A program made the position numbers and the translations under genes. Shown piece after piece: positions 58,079-64,000 of a DNA stretch of 64,000 bases. The notes below the pieces were generated by a model, which worked only from the letters and a program-made list of their open reading frames with translations, was not told the origin of the DNA and searched no databases. This DNA is from Candidatus Hebobacterum abditum. Lineage in GTDB: Bacteria; Armatimonadota; Hebobacteria; Hebobacterales; Hebobacteraceae. The number at the start of each line of letters is the position of its first letter. Position 1 is the first letter of the stretch. The stretch is from NCBI GenBank assembly GCA_029821875.1, contig JALGXW010000001.1, forward strand, positions 161,987 through 225,986. Direction: 5' to 3'.

Positions 58079-59962
58079 ATGATTAAGCCGCGCCTATCGT
58101 GGCTGGTTGTGGTCGCCGTCGTCTGCATCATCGCCGCGGTGCCGACGCTGCGCCACCACGCGGGGCTCGCCTGGCTCTCACTGAAGCCGGGGGACATAGA
58201 AGCACTGGGACTCGACGAGAACATGCCTGCGGAGGCGCATGGACCGCCCTCCTACCTCCGCGTCCTCAGTCAGCTCCGATCCCACCAAGCGAGAGCCATC
58301 GCCTTCGTCGAAGAGCACTATCCGGACGACCCGCGCATGCTGACCGCGGCGGCGCTCCTCGCTGACGAGTTCTCTCCAGGAGATCGGACTCTGCGGCTGC
58401 TCGAGCGCGCCGCCGAGCTGGGCGAGAAGCCAATTGCCTGGGCCGCCTACACCGAACGTCTCGCGGCGAAGGGCCCGCACTATGCCCGCGTGGGGTCCGG
58501 CGGGGTCGACCCCGACGACGCATTCGCAATGCAGGCTGAACGCTCGCGCCTCGCCCACTCCGGCATCCCGGACAAGCTCTCCCCGGAAGAGGCCGAGCCG
58601 ATGTTGGCTGTCGTCCGCCGGTGGCAGGCGGTCGATCCCGAGAACGCCCTCCCTGTCGTCCATGAATCCGTCTATCTGTACGGCCTCCACCAAGACAGGG
58701 AGGCGCTCATGGCCTGGGCCAGGGCCAGCCGGCTGCCCACACTGACCGCCCATTCCACAGGCCACATGCATGCCATCACCGATGTGCTCGTGGCCATGGG
58801 CATGCCTGAAGCAGACGCGCGCCTCGCCGCCTGGTCGAGCGTCCGCTGGCGGCATTTCGCTCGCCTACGGGACTGCGCTCGCATCGCCGGATATGAGGGG
58901 CGCGTCGCCCAGATCGAGGGCCGCGCCGAAGACGCCGTCACCTGGTGGCAGAGCACCTTCGACATCGGGCGCCACATGCAGGACTCCGCCGATACTCTCA
59001 TCGGCTGGCTGGTCGGCTCGGCCGTCATGAGCATCGGCACCCAGCATGTCTGGCAGTGGATCCATGACGAGCGGTCCGGCATCCCCGACGGCCCCCTCCT
59101 GGGCGGGCGCATCTTCTACGGGCCTCAGCACGGCTTCTACGTGTCCGTCATGGGCGCGGAGGCCGACGAGGACATGCGGGCCGCTCTTGTCCTCGCCAAG
59201 GTGCGCACGAAGTTGCGCCGCGGAGGCGGCTGGCCGCAGATCGCGGACGAGTACTACCTTGCAGCCGGCTATCTTCACTATGCTGGTACGCTGCTGATCG
59301 CGGCCATGGCTCTGGTGGTCGTGTTCTGCGCCCTTGGTATCTGGTCTCGCCGCGCTGCCGACGACGCTGTTCGGTCCGGCCCCCTGTGGAACCCAGTGCT
59401 GCTCGGCCTCATCTTGCTGCCGCTGGTCGTCGGAGCCCTCGCCGTACCGTTCGTCGGGGAACGTATGCCGACCAGAATGCCCGACCTCCCCGACATCGTT
59501 CCCTTCGACATTCCAGTGGAGAGCGTGGACCTCGGCCCCTTCGTGTTCTTCGGCCCGCCCATCCTCTCAGTGCTGCTTGCCGTGTTCCTCACCAGCCTGG
59601 CCGGACACAAGGGCCAGGCGCCTGGCGCCAGCCCGTTCGCCGCCTGGCGGGGCTACATCCGGCGCATCTTCCCGCCTGTGCTCGCCGTCTTCGCGCTCAT
59701 CTTCCTCGCTCTCATCATCAGTGGGCGGAACATCCGCAAGGACTGGGCTGCCTACTGGCGCACCCCCGGCAACACCGAGATGTCGTGGCATATCGAGCAC
59801 ATCGGCCCCGAATGGCACAATCCCACTATCCCACCGGACGCCTGGCGGGCCGCGCCGCCTCCTCCACCTCCACCTCCTCCGCACCCTCCAGGCAGACGCG
59901 GGATGCGAGGCTCCATGGGCAGGCGAGGTATGCGAGGCGCCCCAGGAGGCAGAGGGCCCTAG
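58079..59962 (+). CDS. uncharacterised membrane protein family, tandem paralogue 2 (with C-terminal poly-Pro/RG-rich tail)
   Basis: Same architecture and motifs as paralogue 1. C-terminus HNPTIPPDAWRAAPPPPPPPPPHPPGRRGMRGSMGRRGMRGAPGGRGP. Confidence 0.6.
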   Translation: MIKPRLSWLVVVAVVCIIAAVPTLRHHAGLAWLSLKPGDIEALGLDENMPAEAHGPPSYLRVLSQLRSHQARAIAFVEEHYPDDPRMLTAAALLADEFSPGDRTLRLLERAAELGEKPIAWAAYTERLAAKGPHYARVGSGGVDPDDAFAMQAERSRLAHSGIPDKLSPEEAEPMLAVVRRWQAVDPENALPVVHESVYLYGLHQDREALMAWARASRLPTLTAHSTGHMHAITDVLVAMGMPEADARLAAWSSVRWRHFARLRDCARIAGYEGRVAQIEGRAEDAVTWWQSTFDIGRHMQDSADTLIGWLVGSAVMSIGTQHVWQWIHDERSGIPDGPLLGGRIFYGPQHGFYVSVMGAEADEDMRAALVLAKVRTKLRRGGGWPQIADEYYLAAGYLHYAGTLLIAAMALVVVFCALGIWSRRAADDAVRSGPLWNPVLLGLILLPLVVGALAVPFVGERMPTRMPDLPDIVPFDIPVESVDLGPFVFFGPPILSVLLAVFLTSLAGHKGQAPGASPFAAWRGYIRRIFPPVLAVFALIFLALIISGRNIRKDWAAYWRTPGNTEMSWHIEHIGPEWHNPTIPPDAWRAAPPPPPPPPPHPPGRRGMRGSMGRRGMRGAPGGRGP

Positions 59963-59972
59963 GACAGGTGGC

Positions 59973-61775
59973 ATGAGTAAGCTCAGGCTTCCCTGGCTCA
60001 TCGTCGCCCTTGTCGTTGTGGTGGTCGCTGCCACACCGACGCTCCGACAGCTCGCCAGGCGCCAACTGAGGGCCGCTCTCTATCGGCCCACTGAAAGTGA
60101 CCCCGGAGCCGAATGGCTCTTTGGGGAGCGCCATCTCTGGAGCCCCGCGGCGCATGGGATGGCTTGGAGCTCTGCTCCCGACATTGGGGACCGTGCGATC
60201 CCCTTCGTGTTGGCTCACCATGCGGACGATGCCGAGATGCTCACCGCGGCCGCTGTTCTGGGCGAAGGTGAGGCGACTGACCTCGAGTGGCACGGACGGC
60301 CGGACGACGCGGAAGCTCTGAGAAAGGAGATGCACTCGCTCCTCAAGCGGGCCACATCACAGCACGGCCCGCCCGCCTGCTGGGCCGCTTACGCTGAGTA
60401 TGCGTTGTGGCATCTGACGTGTAACCGGATCGGCGCGTTGGGGATCGATCCCGAAGACGCTCAAGCCGTCCAGGAGGCGCGCTGGGAGCTGGAGGAGAGG
60501 CTAGCGTCTGATGCCGAACTGGGCTTCGTCGAGCCCACGTCCACGCAAGTCGAGGAGGCTCTTGGCGCTCTCCGCGGATGGCAGCAGGCCGACCCCGAGA
60601 ACGCGATGCCAGTCGCCCTTCGGGCGTGGGTGCTGTACGCTCTGGAGCGGGACGAGGAAGCCATAGCGGCGCTGAAGGAGGCCGCGAGCTTGCCGATCGC
60701 GACCGGCCGCGGGGCCGAACGGGGCGAGGCCGTCCGCGCGCTGGCCCTGGAACTGGACGCTTCTCCGTTGGACGCGATTCTCACAGCCAGCAACGTCTGG
60801 AGCAGCCCGTGGGTCCTGGGCAGGCTTCGGTCTCTCGGGCGCATCGCCGTCTACGAAGGGCGCCGCGCCCAGCTCGAAGGTCGGCCCGAGGATGCCATCG
60901 CGCTATGGACCGCTGCCATCAACCTCGCACGCAGCCACTCGAGGTCGGCCCACACGTTGATTGAGCATCTCGTGGGCCTGGCAGTGGAGGGAATCGCCGC
61001 CAGCCCGGTATGGCGCTGGTGCCCTGACAGCGTCACTGGCATCCCCGATGGGCCGCTCATGCGCGGCCGCCTCATGTACGGGGCTCAGTATGAGTTCTAT
61101 GTCGAACAGATGGGCGAGGAGGCCGCCGACCAGATCAGAGACAGTCTTCTGGTCGCCAAGCTCCGCTCTGCCATGCACAGGGATTACTACGGTGCTGACA
61201 CCTCCTACGAGCGTCTCTTGCTCTCTGGCTACTTCCCGTTCATCGGCCAGCTCGTCGCCGGGGCAGGGCTGCCGCTGGTGGCCCTTCTCGTCATCGTGGG
61301 GTTCTTCGGCCGAAGCTATGGAGTGCCTGGGGAGTGGGTGCGCAGGTTGAGACGCCTCGCGGTGTGGCTCCTCGTCGTCACGACCATCGCCATTGCGTGG
61401 GCGCTCGGCGGAGCACGCCTCTTCCCCGAATCCCCGATATATCCCGGCCTTCCACTTAGCCTCTTCGCCTTGCCGGGTCTGCTCGTGCTTGTGACGACCT
61501 TCCTCTTCGCCCTCTTTGCATGGGCCGACCGCGGCCCGTTCATTGCGACTTGGGGCGCGAGCCTGCGGCGTATCGTCCCACCCATGCTTGCGCTGCTCGC
61601 CGTCTGGTATCTAGTGATCTCCATCATGTCGGTTGACAGCTGCTGCAGATCGGCCCAGGAGCTCGGCCGGCCCGAAATGGCGAAGTTCATTGAGCAGGCC
61701 GGCCCCGAATGGCACAATCCCACCATTCCGCCCGACGCCTGGCGGGCCGAGTACCCGCCGAACCTCCAGCCTTGA
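59973..61775 (+). CDS. uncharacterised membrane protein family, tandem paralogue 3
   Basis: ATG 59973, 10 nt after the paralogue-2 stop; the listed ORF start 59334 is an out-of-context extension. C-terminus GPEWHNPTIPPDAWRAEYPPNLQP. Confidence 0.6.
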   Translation: MSKLRLPWLIVALVVVVVAATPTLRQLARRQLRAALYRPTESDPGAEWLFGERHLWSPAAHGMAWSSAPDIGDRAIPFVLAHHADDAEMLTAAAVLGEGEATDLEWHGRPDDAEALRKEMHSLLKRATSQHGPPACWAAYAEYALWHLTCNRIGALGIDPEDAQAVQEARWELEERLASDAELGFVEPTSTQVEEALGALRGWQQADPENAMPVALRAWVLYALERDEEAIAALKEAASLPIATGRGAERGEAVRALALELDASPLDAILTASNVWSSPWVLGRLRSLGRIAVYEGRRAQLEGRPEDAIALWTAAINLARSHSRSAHTLIEHLVGLAVEGIAASPVWRWCPDSVTGIPDGPLMRGRLMYGAQYEFYVEQMGEEAADQIRDSLLVAKLRSAMHRDYYGADTSYERLLLSGYFPFIGQLVAGAGLPLVALLVIVGFFGRSYGVPGEWVRRLRRLAVWLLVVTTIAIAWALGGARLFPESPIYPGLPLSLFALPGLLVLVTTFLFALFAWADRGPFIATWGASLRRIVPPMLALLAVWYLVISIMSVDSCCRSAQELGRPEMAKFIEQAGPEWHNPTIPPDAWRAEYPPNLQP

Positions 61776-61801
61776 CGGGCCGCGCTCGCTCATGGTATAA
61801 G
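61772..61801 (+). promoter_or_regulatory. candidate promoter TTGACG-18-TATAAG for the ileS leader
   Basis: Both hexamers are 5/6 to consensus with 18-nt spacing, immediately after the paralogue-3 stop; predicted TSS about 61808, just upstream of the leader ORF ATG at 61814. Confidence 0.45.
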
Positions 61802-61813
61802 TGCAACAGACAG

Positions 61814-61900
61814 ATGAACCGCATGGCCATCCTGATTGCCAGCATCATCATTATCGACCCGGCGGTGAGCCGGGAGCGATGCTGGATGTCAGGAAGGTAG
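61814..61900 (+). CDS. Ile-rich leader peptide MNRMAILIASIIIIDPAVSRERCWMSGR (28 aa; 25 aa from second ATG)
   Basis: Six Ile in ten residues, including four consecutive Ile codons ATC ATC ATT ATC at 61844-61855. Located between a promoter and mutually exclusive hairpins directly upstream of ileS. Confidence 0.5.
   Translation: MNRMAILIASIIIIDPAVSRERCWMSGR
61861..61873 (+). promoter_or_regulatory. antiterminator arm GGCGGTGAGCCGG (pairs with 61927-61939)
   Basis: 12 of 13 positions complementary to CCGGCCCACCGCC (61927-61939), which is also the 5' arm of the downstream terminator. Begins 5 nt after the last Ile codon. Confidence 0.4.
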
Positions 61901-61929
61901 TCCCAGACAACGAGCGCCAGCAGGCTCCG

Positions 61930-61966
61930 GCCCACCGCCAGACGAGGCGGTGGGCTTTTCGCGTTT
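61930..61966 (+). terminator. intrinsic terminator / attenuator hairpin upstream of ileS
   Basis: 10-bp GC-rich stem GCCCACCGCC / GGCGGTGGGC, 6-nt loop, followed by CTTTTCGCGTTTG. 26 nt upstream of the ileS ATG. Confidence 0.55.
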
Positions 61967-61991
61967 GTGGTGCTAGGAACGGAGCGGGGAG

Positions 61992-64000
61992 ATGTTCGAG
62001 GAGCAGTCAGGTCTGCCCGATCAGACAGAGTTGGAGAAGGGGGTGCTCGCGTTCTGGCGCGAGAGGAGAATCTTCGAGAAGCTGCGAGAGAAGAACCGCG
62101 GCGGACCGCGCTTCTCCTTCCTCGACGGCCCCATCACGGCCAATAATCCCATGGGCATCCACCATGCCCGCGGCCGCACTCTGAAGGACCTGTCCCAGCG
62201 CTACTGGGCCATGCGCGGCCGCGACCAGCGCTATCAGAACGGCTTCGACTGTCAGGGGCTGTGGGTGGAGGTGGAGGTGGAGCGCGAGCTCGGCTTCACG
62301 AGCAAGCGCGACATCGAGCGCTACGGAGTGGCCGAGTTCGTCGAGCGCTGCAAGGAGCGCGTCCGCCGTTTCGCCGATCTCATCACGCAGGACTCCATCC
62401 GCCTCGGCTGCTGGATGGACTGGGAGCGCTCCTATTCCACCGATTCCGAGACGAACAACTATGCCATCTGGCACTTCCTCAAGAAGTGCCATCAGCGCGG
62501 CCTCATCTATCGGGGCGCCGACGTCATGCCCTGGTGCCCGCGCTGCGGCACCGGGCTCTCCCAGCAGGAGGTGCAGGATGGGTATCGGGAGACGACCCAC
62601 CCAGGGGTCGTCGTCAAGTTCCCGTTGAGGGGCCGCGCGGGCGAACATCTGCTGGTCTGGACGACGACTCCCTGGACATTGACGGCGAATGTCGCCTGCG
62701 CCGTCCAGCCGGACGCTGCCTATGCACGGGTCCGCCAGGGGGATGGCGTCTACTACCTGGCGGCGGAGCGCGTGCGCGAGGTACTCAGCCAGAGCGCACC
62801 GTGGCGAGTCGAGCGTGGACTGCCAGCGAGCGAGCTGGTGGGGCTGGAGTACGATGGACCATTCGATGACCTCCCACTCGCAGCCGAGGCAGCGGCGGCT
62901 CACCGTGTAGTGTCCTGGACAGAGGTTTCCGAGGCGGAGGGCACTGGCATCGTCCACATCGCACCGGGCTGTGGCAAGGAAGATTACGACCTCGGGCGCG
63001 AGCTCGGGCTGCCGGTTGTTGTGCCTATCGACGAGAACGGCACGTTCGTGTCGGGTGCGGGCCCCTACGAAGGGATAACAGCGTCCGAGGCGGGCGATGC
63101 GATTGTCGCGTCGCTTCGCCAACGGGGCTCGCTCTACCGCGTCGATGAGCACAGGCACAGATACCCGCACTGTTGGCGATGTGGCTCTGAGCTGCTGTTC
63201 CGGCTCGTCGACGAGTGGTTCATCGCGATGGACCCATGGCGGGAGGAGATCAAGCGGCTCGCGCGAGAAGTGGCGTGGATACCAAGCTATGGTCGGGAGG
63301 TCGAGCTGGACTGGCTGGCCAACATGGGTGACTGGATGATCTCCAAGAAGCGGTACTGGGGGCTTGCGCTCCCCATCTGGCGGTGCGAATGCGGCTGGTT
63401 CGACGTGATCGGCGACAAGGCTGAGCTTCGAGAGCGGGCCGCCGCCGGCTGGGCGGATTTCGACGGCCACACTCCGCACCGTCCCTGGATAGACGCGGTC
63501 AAGGTCAAATGCGCGAAGTGCGGGGAGCTTGCCAGTCGCATCCCCGATGTCGGCAATCCTTGGCTGGACGCTGGGATCGTGCCGTACTCCACCATGGGCT
63601 ACTTCGAGGATCGTGAGGAGTGGGAGAAGTGGTTCCCGGCCGACCTGATCGTCGAATGCCTCCCGGGCCAGTTCCGCAACTGGTTCTACGCGCTCCTCGC
63701 CATGAGCGCCATGCTCGAAGGCCGCACGCCGGTAAGCACGATCGTCGGGCATGGGCTCGTCGTTGACGAGGACGGCGAGGAGATGCACAAGTCGAAGGGC
63801 AACGCGGTCCTCTTCGCTGAAGCTGCCGAGGAAGTTGGCGCCGATCTCGTACGGTGGATGAGCGCGGCGCACCCGGTCGTGCAGCCCCTACGCTTCGGGT
63901 CGGCGTCGGCAATGGCGGCGAGTGGCTGGCTCCGCACGCTGTGGAATGTGTACAGCTTCTTCGCCACCTACGCGAATGTGGACCGCTGGCCGATGTCCCA
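61992..64000 (+). CDS. ileS: isoleucyl-tRNA synthetase, type 2 (eukaryote/Thermus-like), 5' partial; continues beyond window end
   Basis: Uninterrupted frame-0 ORF from ATG 61992 to the window end. N-terminal region aligns residue-by-residue with the remembered Thermus type-2 IleRS N-terminus, and a KMSKS-region EEMHKSKGN is present. Not in the ORF track because it lacks a stop in the window. Confidence 0.85.
   Translation, partial: MFEEQSGLPDQTELEKGVLAFWRERRIFEKLREKNRGGPRFSFLDGPITANNPMGIHHARGRTLKDLSQRYWAMRGRDQRYQNGFDCQGLWVEVEVERELGFTSKRDIERYGVAEFVERCKERVRRFADLITQDSIRLGCWMDWERSYSTDSETNNYAIWHFLKKCHQRGLIYRGADVMPWCPRCGTGLSQQEVQDGYRETTHPGVVVKFPLRGRAGEHLLVWTTTPWTLTANVACAVQPDAAYARVRQGDGVYYLAAERVREVLSQSAPWRVERGLPASELVGLEYDGPFDDLPLAAEAAAAHRVVSWTEVSEAEGTGIVHIAPGCGKEDYDLGRELGLPVVVPIDENGTFVSGAGPYEGITASEAGDAIVASLRQRGSLYRVDEHRHRYPHCWRCGSELLFRLVDEWFIAMDPWREEIKRLAREVAWIPSYGREVELDWLANMGDWMISKKRYWGLALPIWRCECGWFDVIGDKAELRERAAAGWADFDGHTPHRPWIDAVKVKCAKCGELASRIPDVGNPWLDAGIVPYSTMGYFEDREEWEKWFPADLIVECLPGQFRNWFYALLAMSAMLEGRTPVSTIVGHGLVVDEDGEEMHKSKGNAVLFAEAAEEVGADLVRWMSAAHPVVQPLRFGSASAMAASGWLRTLWNVYSFFATYANVDRWPMS

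Noticed and set aside
61805-61970. T-box riboswitch upstream of ileS
   Set aside because: No AGGGUGGNACCGCG-like T-box sequence or stem-I features could be found. Instead there is a translatable mini-ORF with four consecutive Ile codons, which fits a leader-peptide attenuator better. A T-box is kept as an alternative to be excluded by a covariance-model search.

Overview
This is a high-GC (about two-thirds G+C) bacterial chromosomal segment dominated by housekeeping operons. No rRNA, CRISPR array or mobile element was seen.

Housekeeping content:
- HD-domain protein, tgt, gmk, coaBC, metK, priA, def, fmt.
- rlmD, yebC, the radical-SAM TIGR03960/TIGR03936 pair with an RNase E/G, rplU-rpmA-obg-proA-nadD, rsfS, one tRNA-Arg(CCG), htpX, ispG, and the 5' two-thirds of a type-2 ileS that runs off the window end.

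Accessory or unusual content:
1. An orphan corrinoid protein with a RACo-like reductive activase (about 10.9-13.5 kb).
2. A 15-kb envelope-glycosylation island (about 14.2-29.7 kb), with signal peptidase I immediately upstream (13.6 kb). It holds an EamA/SMR-like small membrane protein, two YfhO paralogues and about four more candidate GT-C membrane glycosyltransferases, plus a DPM1-like GT2 polyprenyl-phosphate-sugar synthase, a GT4 and a GT2-GT4 fusion.
3. A Crp/Fnr-family regulator flanked by two identical TTGAC-N4-GTCAA palindromes, next to a small Cys-rich protein, a ferredoxin-like Cys-rich protein and a CopA-type P1B ATPase (33.3-37.6 kb).
4. Three tandem paralogues of an unrecognised roughly 600-aa membrane-protein family (56.2-61.8 kb).
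5. Directly downstream, a candidate leader-peptide transcription attenuator for ileS (61.77-61.99 kb). Its short ORF carries four consecutive Ile codons and is followed by mutually exclusive antiterminator and terminator hairpins.

Several near-consensus sigma70-type promoters are visible. All calls rest on reading the sequence and ORF translations by eye. No database search or folding computation was run.
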